A stretch of DNA of 60,834 nucleotides from Kiritimatiellia bacterium. GTDB taxonomy: Bacteria; Verrucomicrobiota; Kiritimatiellia; RFP12; UBA1067. Positions 8,412 through 18,678 of this stretch are shown here, one piece after another; within the stretch, counting starts at the first letter, position 1; the number at the start of each line of letters is the position of its first letter. The notes under the pieces are model-generated. The model made no database searches. It saw only the letters and a program-made list of their open reading frames with translations, and had not been told where the DNA came from. A program made the position numbers and the translations under genes. Location of the stretch: assembly GCA_017628025.1 (NCBI GenBank), contig JAGBZX010000041.1, forward strand, positions 1-60,834. Direction: 5' to 3'.

Positions 8412-8984
8412 ATGGCAGATACAGAACGTGAATTAAAGGTTGGTTCAAGAATACGCTCATATCGCGAACGTCTTGATATGAGCATTTACGATCTTTCGCA
8501 AAAAACAGGTATTGACGAAAAGGTAATTAATAACATCGAAAAGGGTTTAGTTCAGCCTGCTCTTGGAGTCCTAACTAAGATATCTCGCGCTCTTGGTCAG
8601 CGCCTTGGTACATTTACTGACGACCAATTTAAGCCAGACCCAATTATTACGAGAGCTTCGGATATTGAGGCGTCAAAGGTTGCTGTAAAAGGCGTCAATG
8701 AGCTTGGCTATTCTAGTCACTCCTTAGCTATCGGTAAGCCCGATCGTCATATGGATCCTTTTAGGATTGAGTTCCAAGCCGACGGGGTTGACGAGCTTTC
8801 CAGCCATGAGGGAGAAGAGCTTATTATTTGTATTAACGGCGAAGTAGAACTTACTTACGGTCAAACTAAGCAAGTTTTAAAACCAGGTGATACTGCGTAC
8901 TATAACTCTGTAGTTAAGCATGGTTTAAGAGCTTTAGGCGGTAAGGGAGCGTCTATCTACGGTATTGTATTTATGCCTTTTTAA
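8412..8984 (+). CDS. XRE-family HTH regulator with C-terminal cupin domain
   Basis: GSRIRSYRE...LSQKTG...IEKG HTH; SHEGEE...L.PGD..YYNS...H cupin. Confidence 0.88.
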   Translation: MADTERELKVGSRIRSYRERLDMSIYDLSQKTGIDEKVINNIEKGLVQPALGVLTKISRALGQRLGTFTDDQFKPDPIITRASDIEASKVAVKGVNELGYSSHSLAIGKPDRHMDPFRIEFQADGVDELSSHEGEELIICINGEVELTYGQTKQVLKPGDTAYYNSVVKHGLRALGGKGASIYGIVFMPF

Positions 8985-9008
8985 ACTATGAATAAATGGA
9001 GGTCACTT

Positions 9009-10136
9009 ATGAAAACAGCAACGTCGTGTGTTATTGGTCTTTTGGCTGGTGCAGTTATTGCTACGCCAAAACCATTTGGTAAACTTTCTGATGGCCGCGA
9101 AGCAAAGCTGTGGAGAATTACTGGCGCTGGTGGTCTTGTTGTCGATGTGACAGACTACGGTGGTCGTATTGTTAGAGTATATGCTCCAGATCGTTTCGGC
9201 AATCTTGACGACGTAACTCTTGGTTGGAACACGGCTGGTGAATATGAAAAGTACGGCTATTCAATGGGTACGCTCATTGGCCGCTTTGGCAACAGAATTG
9301 CAGATGGCAAATTCGTGCTTGATGGTAAGACCTATCAGTTAGAATGCAACGAAACTTCGCCATCTCCTCGTAATTGTAATCTCCATGGTGGCCCTGATGG
9401 TTGGGACAATCGCATTTGGGGCGTTAAAGAAACTTCTTTTGAAGGTTCTCCTGCGCTTGAATTGACGCTCACTAGCCCTGATGGAGACCAAGGCTTCCCA
9501 GGAAAGGTTGATGTAAAAGTTACATATGCTGTAACTAAGGACAACAAGCTTATTGTTGAATATAAGGCTATTACCGATAAGCCTACAGTTATTAATCCTA
9601 CTCACCACGGTTACTGGAATTTAGCAGGCGAGGCTAGTGGTAATGTTCTTTCTCAGCAACTTCAGATTTTTGCTGATGAATATACTCAAATTACTCCTGG
9701 CTTAATACCTGTTAAAAATGTTTCTGTTAAGGGGACAGCTTTTGACTTTACTTCTCTTCGTCGCATTGATGAGAAAAAAGCTGATATGGAAAAAGATGTT
9801 TCTCTTTGCCATACTACACACTGGTATGACCATAACTTTATGCTCCGCGGCAAAACTGGCGAAATGAAAAAGGCTTGCCTTATGGTAGACCCAGTTTCTG
9901 GTCGCCAAATGGAAATTTGGACTACCGAGCCTGCTATGCAGATGTATGGCGCGCAGAATATGGATGGGACAATGCCTGCAAAGCGTGCTGGCGCGTTTTA
10001 TCCTGCTTTCGCAGGTATGGCGCTTGAAACGCAGCATTGCCCAGACTCGCCAAATCACCCTGAATTCCCCTCAACAACGCTTAGGCCTTCTGAGGAATTT
10101 AGCTCTCGTACAGAATATAGATTTTCAGCAAAATAA
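9009..10136 (+). CDS. galM: Aldose 1-epimerase (mutarotase), with putative signal peptide
   Basis: GRFGNRIA, LHGG..G, NPTHHGYWNL, YDHNF, ALETQHCPDSPN; GGAGG RBS before ATG 9009. Confidence 0.9.
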   Translation: MKTATSCVIGLLAGAVIATPKPFGKLSDGREAKLWRITGAGGLVVDVTDYGGRIVRVYAPDRFGNLDDVTLGWNTAGEYEKYGYSMGTLIGRFGNRIADGKFVLDGKTYQLECNETSPSPRNCNLHGGPDGWDNRIWGVKETSFEGSPALELTLTSPDGDQGFPGKVDVKVTYAVTKDNKLIVEYKAITDKPTVINPTHHGYWNLAGEASGNVLSQQLQIFADEYTQITPGLIPVKNVSVKGTAFDFTSLRRIDEKKADMEKDVSLCHTTHWYDHNFMLRGKTGEMKKACLMVDPVSGRQMEIWTTEPAMQMYGAQNMDGTMPAKRAGAFYPAFAGMALETQHCPDSPNHPEFPSTTLRPSEEFSSRTEYRFSAK

Positions 10137-10138
10137 AA

Positions 10139-11572
10139 ATGCAATTCGAAAACACAATCGGTCTTGAGACTCACGTTCAATTAAAGACTGAAACTAAAAT
10201 GTTCTGCTCATGCCGTTTGAAAACGGGTTGTGAGCCAAACGTAAACGTCTGCCCGGTATGCCTAGGCTATCCGGGCGCGTTGCCTGTCATGAACAAACAA
10301 GCTATTAAGTTTACTGTAATGAGTGGCTTGATGCTTGGCTGTGAGATAAATCACCGTGCCACATTTGATAGAAAAAATTATTTCTATCCTGATATGGCAA
10401 AGGATTATCAAATTTCAGAAAATTTCCATCCGCTTTGTATAGGTGGAGGAGTTACGATACAAACTCCTAATGGTCCTAAGTTTATTAGGATTAATCATAT
10501 CCATCTTGAAGAAGATGCCGCTAAAATCAACCACTATGCAAATTCTTCAGGTGTTGATTTTAACCGTGGCGGAACACCTTTGATGGAGATTGTTTCTGAG
10601 CCTGATATCTCATCTGCCGATGAAGCGATTGCATATCTGGAAGCGCTTAAGGAAATGCTTGTGTATGCTGGCGTTAGTGACTGCAACCTTGAAGAAGGCA
10701 ATATGCGTTCTGACGTAAATATTTCAATTCGTCCTCAAGGTTCAGATAAGCTAGGCACGAAAGTTGAAATTAAAAACATGAATTCCTTCTCCGGTATTCA
10801 TGCCGCGCTTCAATACGAAGCAATTCGTCAGCGTCGTGCAATTGCTGCAGGAGTTGAGATTATTCAAGAAACGCGCAGATGGGATGCTGATGCTGGAGAG
10901 ACACTTTCAATGAGAACGAAAGAGAATGCTCACGATTACAGATATTTCCCAGAGCCTGATCTAGTGCCAATTGAACTTGATGAAGAGACTATTGAGTCAT
11001 GGCGTTCACTTTTGCCGGAATTACCAGAAGTTCGCAGAGCGAGAATGATTTCTGATTACGGTATTGCAGAGTATGATGCAGATGTGCTTTCGCGTAATAA
11101 GGCCAATGCTGATTATTTTGAAAATGCCGCGAAGGGGCTAGAAAAGAAAACTGCTAAGCAGCTTTGTAACCTTTTCATGAGTGATGTTATGGCACTTATG
11201 AATGAGACTGGCATTAGCGTTACAGAGTCTCTTTTAACGCCTGAAGCGCTATCTCAACTCGTTCAAATGGCTTCAACTGGAAAAATCAACGGCCCAACAG
11301 TAAAGGAACTACTTCCTGAATTATTTACAAAGGGTGGAGAACCTGTAAAAATAGTTCAGGAGCGTGGGCTAGGAGCTGTAAATGACACAGCAGAGCTTGA
11401 AAGGTTCGTAGATGAAGCTATTAAGGCCAACCCTGGACCAGTAGCAGATTTCAAAAATGGCAAGAAAGCTGCCGCGGGCTTTTTCGTTGGTCAAGTTATG
11501 AAACTTTCAAAGGGCAAAGCAGATCCTAAGATTGTTGGTCAAATAGTTCAGCAAAAACTTTCACAAGCATGA
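10139..11572 (+). CDS. gatB: Asp/Glu-tRNA amidotransferase subunit B
   Basis: IGLETHVQL, FDRKNYFYPD, HLEEDA, EIVSEPD, RSDVNIS, VEIKNMNS, DYRYFPEPD, GQVMK..KGKADP. Confidence 0.97.
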   Translation: MQFENTIGLETHVQLKTETKMFCSCRLKTGCEPNVNVCPVCLGYPGALPVMNKQAIKFTVMSGLMLGCEINHRATFDRKNYFYPDMAKDYQISENFHPLCIGGGVTIQTPNGPKFIRINHIHLEEDAAKINHYANSSGVDFNRGGTPLMEIVSEPDISSADEAIAYLEALKEMLVYAGVSDCNLEEGNMRSDVNISIRPQGSDKLGTKVEIKNMNSFSGIHAALQYEAIRQRRAIAAGVEIIQETRRWDADAGETLSMRTKENAHDYRYFPEPDLVPIELDEETIESWRSLLPELPEVRRARMISDYGIAEYDADVLSRNKANADYFENAAKGLEKKTAKQLCNLFMSDVMALMNETGISVTESLLTPEALSQLVQMASTGKINGPTVKELLPELFTKGGEPVKIVQERGLGAVNDTAELERFVDEAIKANPGPVADFKNGKKAAAGFFVGQVMKLSKGKADPKIVGQIVQQKLSQA

Positions 11573-11991
11573 AAAAACTTTTATCAGCCGTCGTTATTTT
11601 AGCGCTTTCTATGTTTTGTGGGTGCAATACACTTGTGCCAGTGCAAACAATGCTATTTCTAGATGATAACGGCAATGTGATACAAGTGGACTATTCTCGT
11701 GCAAAGAAGGATTATGTAACTACTTATAAGTCGCCGTTAAATGGGGCCGAGCTTACTTTTGGCACAAAACTTCATGTATGTGTGCATATGCCTGATGGCT
11801 ATAGATTTAAAGCGTGGGAGACGAAAAAAATTATCTCAAACGCCACGATGTATATGTCAACAGATGAGCGCTGGCTTTTTCATGCTAGAGGCACAACGTG
11901 CTCAGTGTATGAAAGAACCATTGATAAAAGAGACTATAAGTTAGTTTACGAAGGCGTGATGTGTTCGGCTAAAAAGCCTGGTGAGTTATGA
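11569..11991 (+). CDS. Hypothetical lipoprotein
   Basis: MKK + hydrophobic stretch + FCGC lipobox; ATGA-coupled on both sides. Confidence 0.7.
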   Translation: MKKLLSAVVILALSMFCGCNTLVPVQTMLFLDDNGNVIQVDYSRAKKDYVTTYKSPLNGAELTFGTKLHVCVHMPDGYRFKAWETKKIISNATMYMSTDERWLFHARGTTCSVYERTIDKRDYKLVYEGVMCSAKKPGEL

Positions 11992-12725
11992 TAAATCCAT
12001 TAGACAATATACGCATCGTCCTGGTCGGGACTCTTTATACAGGAAATGTTGGCTCAAGTTGTCGTGCTATGGCGAATATGGGCATTCGTCATTTACGCCT
12101 TGCCGCGCCTAATTTGCAAAATTCATGGGATGAAGGCGAGCGATTGGCGGTGCATGCTACTGACATTATGAATTCTAGAGAAGAATATCCTTCTCTAGAA
12201 GAAGCTGTTAAAGACTGTGTCGCTGTCGTTGGTACAACAGCCAGAGAAGGGCTTTATCGTCAACACTCTAAAACGCCGCGTGAATCTGCTCCAGATTTGC
12301 TTTCGCTAGCGCAGACTGGGCCTGTCGCAATAGTTTTTGGCAGAGAGGACAAAGGGCTTCTTAATGAAGAAATTGCACAATGCACACACTTACTAAGAAT
12401 CCCTGTAAGTGAAGGCTACACATCTATAAATCTTTCGCAAGCTGTCCTTATTACGACATACGAGCTTTTTACTGCTTCTGGCACATATCTTCCGCCAAAG
12501 GAAAAAGCGCCGCCTGCTCCTCAAGCTCAAAAAGCCCAATTGATAAAGAATTGGTCTAAAATGCTTATCGAAACAGGTTTTATGAAGGAAGAGCAAACAG
12601 ATCACTTTATGCAGGGCTTTCAACGAGTTTTCAGCAGAGGAGTATTTTCAAAAGACGACGCTGCTCTAATGTTAGGTGTTGCCAGGCAAGTTTCTTGGGC
12701 AATCAAAAACCAGAGGGAAATATGA
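11988..12725 (+). CDS. trmJ: SPOUT RNA methyltransferase, TrmJ/LasT family
   Basis: GNVGSSCRAMANMG, VGTTAR, VFGREDKGLLNEE, SINLSQAV. Confidence 0.88.
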   Translation: MINPLDNIRIVLVGTLYTGNVGSSCRAMANMGIRHLRLAAPNLQNSWDEGERLAVHATDIMNSREEYPSLEEAVKDCVAVVGTTAREGLYRQHSKTPRESAPDLLSLAQTGPVAIVFGREDKGLLNEEIAQCTHLLRIPVSEGYTSINLSQAVLITTYELFTASGTYLPPKEKAPPAPQAQKAQLIKNWSKMLIETGFMKEEQTDHFMQGFQRVFSRGVFSKDDAALMLGVARQVSWAIKNQREI

Positions 12726-15169
12726 AATATGATGTTTTAGTTATTGGCACTGGTGTTATAGGTTGTGCTATAACTCGTGAATTATCTCGCTACAATCTCA
12801 GTGTTGCAGCTTTAGATGCTGCTAGTGATGTTGCAGAAGGGGCGTCAAAGGCTAATAGCGCTATTGTTCATGCTGGCTTTGATGCTAAGCCTGGTTCTTT
12901 AAAGGCGAAGTTTAATGTTCTAGGTAATAGCATTTTTGAAGATGTTTGCCGCGAGCTTAAAGTCCCGTTTCGTCGTAACGGCTCTTTGGTGCTGGCGTTT
13001 GGGGAAGAAGATGAAGCAACTCTTGCCTCTTTGAAAACGCGCGCCGAAGAAAATGGTGTTCCTGTTGAAATTATCTCACAAGAGGAACTTCGTCGCCGTG
13101 AGAGCAATGTGTCAAAAGAAGCTACTGCTGCACTGTGGGCTCCTACTGGCGGAATATGCTGTCCATACGAATTAACATTTCGTTATGCCGAAAATGCAGC
13201 GGCAAATGGTGCAGAGTTTTTCTTTGATGCGAAGGTAGTTGAGCTTACTAAAGAAGACAATCTCTGGAAGATTTCTTGCGAAGATGGTAGAGTTTTCTTT
13301 GCTCGTGCCGTTGTAAATGCTGCTGGTATAAATTCTGATGAAATAAACAACAAGGTTTGTTCGACTAAATACTCTATTAAAGCTCGTCGTGGTGAATACT
13401 TGATGTTGGATCGTGATGAGGATGGCGTTTTTTCAGCTACGATGTTCCAGTGTCCATCTAAGATGGGCAAGGGGATTCTAGTTTCGCCTACTGTCGACGG
13501 CACAGTTATTGTTGGCCCCACAGCAGAAGATATTGAAGATAAAGAAGATAAAGCTACTACATTTGAAGGTTTAGAAAAAGTTAAATCTGGTGCAATGCAA
13601 ACGTATCCAGGTTTGCCACTTAATAAAGTTATCGCTGAGTTTTCTGGCTTAAGAGCTCATGAAACAACAACAGGAGATTTTGTAATTGGCGAAGCTCCAG
13701 ATGCAGAATTTTTCTTTAACGCTTTAGGTATTGAGTCTCCTGGATTAACTTCAGCGCCTGCCATAGGATTGCATTTAGCAGAGCTTGTTTCTAATCGCCT
13801 AGGTGTTTCTCGCAAAAACCCATCATTAATTTCAAAGGATGTCAGCTGGTGGCCAAAAACTCGCGAAATGAAACCAGAGGAATTGGCCGAATTAGTTGAA
13901 AAAGATCCTTCCTTTGGGCGAATAATTTGCCGTTGTGAAGGTGTAACAGAAGGTGAAATTAGAGCTGCTATTCGCGCCCGAGTTGGAGCACGCACGCTAG
14001 ATGGTATTAAACGCCGTACGCGTAGCGGCATGGGGCGTTGCCAAGGGGGCTTTTGCACGCCTAGACTTATTGAAATACTTGGTGCTGAATTAGGCTTACC
14101 ACCAGAGGCTTTTTTGCTTTCTCGCAAAACTGCACCTATTCAGTTAAAGAAGAATGAATCATCAAGAAAATCTGATGACGGTATAATAGATGTTTTAGTC
14201 GTTGGCGCTGGTCCCGCTGGTCTTGCAGCTGCTTGCGAGGCGAAAGATGCAGGGGCGAAAGAGGTTCTTGTTATTGAGCGCGATGACGCTCCTGGTGGCA
14301 TTCTTCAGCAATGTATCCATAATGGGTTTGGTCTTCACCGCTTTAAAGAAGAATTAACTGGCCCAGAATACGCCCAGCGTTACGTAGATATGGCGATAGA
14401 ACGAGACATCCCCATTATCTGCGGGACGATGGTTCTTGAAATTTCTCCAATCGCTGATGGCACTTGTCACGTAACAACTATGAGTCCTCGTGGGGGGCTG
14501 AAGATTCATCGCACGCGTTCAGTAGTTTTGGCGATGGGATGCCGCGAAAGGCCTCGCGGCGCTCTTATGACTCCTGGCACGAGACCTGCCGGTGTCTATA
14601 CAGCTGGCACTGTGCAAAGGCTAGTAAACATGGATGGCATAATGCCAGGTAAAAAAGTCGTGATTTTAGGCTCTGGTGATATAGGCCTAATAATGGCGCG
14701 CCGTCTTACATTCTCGGGGGCTAAGGTTCTTGCATGTATTGAGATTATGAAGAAGTCTTCAGGTCTTATGCGTAACGTTGTTCAATGCTTGAACGATTAC
14801 GACATTCCTTTACTTTTATCTCATACGGTTACAAATGTAGAAGGCGGTGACCATGTCACAGGCGTTACTGTTGCAAAAGTTGATGATTCATTAAAGCCAA
14901 TTCCAGGCACTGAAATTCATTACGATTGCGACACACTAGTTCTTTCTTGCGGGCTTATTCCCGAAAATGAGCTTACGAAAAAAGCTGGTATTGAGATGGA
15001 TCCAAAAACTCGCGGGCCAAAGGTTGATGAAAAAATGGCTACAAGTGTCCCAGGCATATTTGCCGGTGGCAATGTAGTTAGAGTTTATGATCTTGTTGAC
15101 TGGGTAAGTAGAGACTCTGCTATTGCAGGTCGCTCTGCGGCAGAATATGCTCTAAAGAATGTGAGGTAA
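12722..15169 (+). CDS. Fused FAD-dependent glycerol-3-phosphate dehydrogenase-like domain + BFD [2Fe-2S] + NAD(P)/FAD oxidoreductase
   Basis: GTGVIG, SKANSAIVHAG, GIESPGLTSAPA, ICRCE...MGRCQGGFC. Second Rossmann GAGPAG, QCIHNGFG, ELTGPEY, GSGDIGLIMARR. Confidence 0.85.
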   Translation: MKYDVLVIGTGVIGCAITRELSRYNLSVAALDAASDVAEGASKANSAIVHAGFDAKPGSLKAKFNVLGNSIFEDVCRELKVPFRRNGSLVLAFGEEDEATLASLKTRAEENGVPVEIISQEELRRRESNVSKEATAALWAPTGGICCPYELTFRYAENAAANGAEFFFDAKVVELTKEDNLWKISCEDGRVFFARAVVNAAGINSDEINNKVCSTKYSIKARRGEYLMLDRDEDGVFSATMFQCPSKMGKGILVSPTVDGTVIVGPTAEDIEDKEDKATTFEGLEKVKSGAMQTYPGLPLNKVIAEFSGLRAHETTTGDFVIGEAPDAEFFFNALGIESPGLTSAPAIGLHLAELVSNRLGVSRKNPSLISKDVSWWPKTREMKPEELAELVEKDPSFGRIICRCEGVTEGEIRAAIRARVGARTLDGIKRRTRSGMGRCQGGFCTPRLIEILGAELGLPPEAFLLSRKTAPIQLKKNESSRKSDDGIIDVLVVGAGPAGLAAACEAKDAGAKEVLVIERDDAPGGILQQCIHNGFGLHRFKEELTGPEYAQRYVDMAIERDIPIICGTMVLEISPIADGTCHVTTMSPRGGLKIHRTRSVVLAMGCRERPRGALMTPGTRPAGVYTAGTVQRLVNMDGIMPGKKVVILGSGDIGLIMARRLTFSGAKVLACIEIMKKSSGLMRNVVQCLNDYDIPLLLSHTVTNVEGGDHVTGVTVAKVDDSLKPIPGTEIHYDCDTLVLSCGLIPENELTKKAGIEMDPKTRGPKVDEKMATSVPGIFAGGNVVRVYDLVDWVSRDSAIAGRSAAEYALKNVR

Positions 15170-15174
15170 GTTCT

Positions 15175-15516
15175 ATGAAGATGATCTGTATTAGTTGTCC
15201 GCGCGGATGCGAAATGGACGTCGTTCAAGAAGCTGGTGAAGTAGTTGTAAAAGGAAACGCTTGCCCCAGAGGTGAAGATTACGGCAGAAATGAGTTAATT
15301 AACCCTACGAGAATGGTTACGGGGTTAGTTAAAGTAGCTGGTATGCGTAAGCCATTACCAGTTAAGACTTCTCGCCCCGTTCCTAAGGGAGCGATAGATG
15401 CCGTTCTATTTTCAATGCATCAGATGACCGTACAGTTACCAGTTAAAATTGGTGATGTTATTATCCAAGGGGTAGCTGGTACTGGAGTTGATATCGTTGC
15501 AACAGCAAATATGTAA
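15175..15516 (+). CDS. DUF1667 small Cys-rich subunit
   Basis: CISCPRGC...GNACPRG..Y, PVKT..PVPK, PVKIGDVII. Confidence 0.85.
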   Translation: MKMICISCPRGCEMDVVQEAGEVVVKGNACPRGEDYGRNELINPTRMVTGLVKVAGMRKPLPVKTSRPVPKGAIDAVLFSMHQMTVQLPVKIGDVIIQGVAGTGVDIVATANM

Positions 15517-15524
15517 GGAGTATC

Positions 15525-16373
15525 ATGTTTGATATCACTAAGAAAAAAGCTTTTGTTTGCGATTTAGACGGCACTCTTTTTATGGGGCCAGACCCAATTA
15601 AGCCTGCTGTTGATTTTGTTATTGATTCCATAAACAGTGGGCGTTTTTCGTTTTTCTATTTAACGAACAATACTTCAAAAACACCTGATGAATACATCAA
15701 GAAAATTGCTGGCGCTAATATTCCAGTTAAGCCTGAGCAAATTTTGACGCCCCTTATTACGCTTGAATCTTATATTCGCGAGAAGGGCTATAAGTCGGTT
15801 TATCTTTTGGCAAGCGAGAAAGTTAAATCATATCTCGAAAAACAACTTTCTGATGTTGGCATCAAATTTGAGTATAATCCAGAAGAAAACGAGTTGATTG
15901 CCCTTACGTATGACAAAGAGCTTACATACGAAAAACTCGCTAATGCTACGAGCCTTTGGAACATGCGCAATGTTCCACCTAGTCCAATGTGTCCAATTAG
16001 AACGGCAAATCAGAACAAAGTTGAGTTTGTAGCAACTCATCCTGATAATTGTTGCCCGAGCGAGCGCGGACCAATTCCAGATATCGGTGGGATGATGAAG
16101 TTTTTAGAAATTACTAATGGCATGAAGCCTAGCAATATTTTCGGCAAGCCTAGTCCATCGCTTTTAAAAACTGTTTTGGATAAATTTTCTCCAGAACAAA
16201 TAGCAGTTGTTGGTGATCGTCTTTATACAGATAAAGCCATTGCTGACAATGCTCAAGTTGATTTTGTTTGTGTGCTTTCTGGCGAAACAACAAAGGAAGA
16301 TCTCGCTTCTTATAAGGGGATTGCGCCTGCCGTTACAGTTGATACTTTTAATATGATAGACGACGTCAAGTAA
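15525..16373 (+). CDS. HAD-IIA (NagD-like) phosphatase
   Basis: CDLDGT, LTNNTS, GKPS, VGDRLYTD, VLSGET. Confidence 0.9.
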   Translation: MFDITKKKAFVCDLDGTLFMGPDPIKPAVDFVIDSINSGRFSFFYLTNNTSKTPDEYIKKIAGANIPVKPEQILTPLITLESYIREKGYKSVYLLASEKVKSYLEKQLSDVGIKFEYNPEENELIALTYDKELTYEKLANATSLWNMRNVPPSPMCPIRTANQNKVEFVATHPDNCCPSERGPIPDIGGMMKFLEITNGMKPSNIFGKPSPSLLKTVLDKFSPEQIAVVGDRLYTDKAIADNAQVDFVCVLSGETTKEDLASYKGIAPAVTVDTFNMIDDVK

Positions 16374-16384
16374 GGGGCTAAAAA

Positions 16385-17647
16385 ATGAAAAACGTATTCC
16401 GTTCAGCTCAAACTAAGTTTATCCTCTCTAGTGCCATCGTTTATGCGTTCTTTTATTTGACGCGCAAAAATCTTTCGATGGCACAACCTATAATGCTTGA
16501 GGAGGGTGTAATTTCAACTTACGCATTAGGAACGATGCTCTCTATTCACGGTATTGTCTATGGGTTAAGTCGTTTTGTTAATGGCTTTTGGGCAGATAGA
16601 TTAAACGGCCGCATTTTCATGACGATAGGCATTGCGCTTTCTGCTCTAATGAATTTCTGTTTCGGTTGTACTTCTCTATCTATCCTCTTCACTGTCTTTT
16701 GGGTTTTAAACGGATGGACTCAAGGCATGGGATTTCCTCCGTGTGCAAAAATGTTGACACATTGGATTCATCCAAAGGAACTAGCCACTAAAATGTCTAT
16801 ATGGAATACGTCCCATAGTTTTGGTGCAGTTATGGCGCTAGGCCTTTGTTCGCTTATTCTCGGCCCTCTTGGTTTGGGCTGGAGATGGTGCCTTTGGGTG
16901 CCTGCGGCTCTAGCAGCTGGCGCAGCTGTTTTTTGCTTTTTATGTGTTAAAGATTCTCCTAAAGAAGCGGGCCTACCTGAGTTACAAATTGAAGGCGCAG
17001 TTTCTGAAGAAAGCGTTGAGAATATAACCACTAAACATCGTATGCGTCTAGTCTTCGGTAATAAAGTTATTTGGCTTATTGCTTTAGCTAATTTCTTTGT
17101 TTATATCGTTCGTTTTGGGTTCTTAGATTGGGGCCCGACATTCTTAAAGCAATACAAAGGCATTCCTGTTTCTAAAGGTGGCCTTATGATTATAGCTTTT
17201 GAACTAGCGGCAGTTATTGGAACGATATTCGCCGGTTGGGTAACAGATAAACTTTTTAAAGGTCGCGGCGTTAGAACTTGTGTTTTCTGTATGCTATTTA
17301 CAGCATTATTCGCTTTTGGTTTCTGGTACCTTCCATCGGGTGCTCCTATTTGGCAGGCAACACTTCTTTTAATGGGTGCTGGCTTTTGTATTTATGGGCC
17401 ACAGGCTCTTATTGGAATTGTTGCTGCTAATCAGGCGACAAAAGAAGCTGCCGCGATGGCTAATGGATTTACTGGTATCATGGGGTATTTATCAACGCTT
17501 GTTTCCGGTATTGGTGTAGCGTTTATTAAGACGCATTATGGTTGGGGAGCAACGCTTTGCTCTTTTGCAGGCTTTGCGATTATCGGCATGGTTCTTTTCC
17601 TCCTTGCGTGGTCTTCAAATGCACACGGCTATAATAAGAAGGATTAA
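16385..17647 (+). CDS. MFS organophosphate:Pi antiporter (GlpT/UhpT family)
   Basis: FYLTRKNL, QGMGFPP, WNTSHS.G, YIVRFG..DW.P, IYGPQALI. Confidence 0.88.
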   Translation: MKNVFRSAQTKFILSSAIVYAFFYLTRKNLSMAQPIMLEEGVISTYALGTMLSIHGIVYGLSRFVNGFWADRLNGRIFMTIGIALSALMNFCFGCTSLSILFTVFWVLNGWTQGMGFPPCAKMLTHWIHPKELATKMSIWNTSHSFGAVMALGLCSLILGPLGLGWRWCLWVPAALAAGAAVFCFLCVKDSPKEAGLPELQIEGAVSEESVENITTKHRMRLVFGNKVIWLIALANFFVYIVRFGFLDWGPTFLKQYKGIPVSKGGLMIIAFELAAVIGTIFAGWVTDKLFKGRGVRTCVFCMLFTALFAFGFWYLPSGAPIWQATLLLMGAGFCIYGPQALIGIVAANQATKEAAAMANGFTGIMGYLSTLVSGIGVAFIKTHYGWGATLCSFAGFAIIGMVLFLLAWSSNAHGYNKKD

Positions 17648-17649
17648 GA

Positions 17650-18678
17650 ATGTTTTCTGATATACCGTTTTGGCTTTCCTTAGTCTTCATAGTAGGCGGG
17701 CTTTTAGCGCTAGTATGGTCAAGCGATGTATTTATAGAAGGCTCAGCATCTGTCGCTAGGTCGTTAGGTATATCGCCACTTATTATCGGCATGGTAATAA
17801 TTGGCTTTGGTACTAGTGCTCCAGAGCTTTGTGTCTCTGTAATGTCGGGGCTGTCGCATCATTCTGGTATTTCGCTAGGTAATGCCTACGGCAGTTGCAT
17901 ATTTAATATTGCCGTTATTTTAGGTGCGGCAGCATTGATTTTTCCAATGCGCACGAGACCAGCTTCGTCGCTTTTAGCTGGTCTTATTTTAACAGCATTC
18001 ACTATTTTATCTTTCGTTCTATTGTCAGATGGAATGTGTTCTCGAATGGATGCTGGGCTTTTATTAGTTTTATTTGCAATTACAATGCCGTTTTATTGTT
18101 GGTATGATAATAAGACTAATGCTAATAATGATTCTTTAGAAAAAAATCTCGTTCCAGAGCGTATTCGACTCGATAAGCGTTACATTAAAATTACAAGGCT
18201 GAGATTTTATATATCAATTTTTAAACTTGTAATAGGACTTGTTGTTTTAATTGGCTCGTCTCACATTTTGGTAGTCGGGGCAGTTGATTTAGCGAAATTT
18301 TTAGGCGTTAGTGATTTATTAATTGGCTTAACCATCGTCTCTATTGGTACGTCATTACCAGAATTGGCTAGTGCTGTACAATCTGCCAGAAAAGGTGAGC
18401 ATGATTTTGTTATGGGGAACATCATTGGCTCAAATATTTTTAATATGTTAGCAGTTGTAGGTTTAGCAGTTTTTATAACACCAACTGCAGATTATTCGAA
18501 GAATATCCTTACTAGAGATTTGCCAATATTAGCATTTCTTTCAATCTCAATTCTCTTGTTTGGCTTAAATTGGCGCAAGATACGTGAAAATGGCATTATC
18601 TCGCGTGCCAATGGCGTCGTCTGGATTTTAATTTACGTAGCGTATTTAATTTTGATGTTTTTTGAGGAGGTTCATTAA
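17650..18678 (+). CDS. Calcium/sodium antiporter (YrbG family)
   Basis: Alpha repeats GTSAPEL...GNAYGS and GTSLPEL...GNIIGSN. Confidence 0.9.
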   Translation: MFSDIPFWLSLVFIVGGLLALVWSSDVFIEGSASVARSLGISPLIIGMVIIGFGTSAPELCVSVMSGLSHHSGISLGNAYGSCIFNIAVILGAAALIFPMRTRPASSLLAGLILTAFTILSFVLLSDGMCSRMDAGLLLVLFAITMPFYCWYDNKTNANNDSLEKNLVPERIRLDKRYIKITRLRFYISIFKLVIGLVVLIGSSHILVVGAVDLAKFLGVSDLLIGLTIVSIGTSLPELASAVQSARKGEHDFVMGNIIGSNIFNMLAVVGLAVFITPTADYSKNILTRDLPILAFLSISILLFGLNWRKIRENGIISRANGVVWILIYVAYLILMFFEEVH

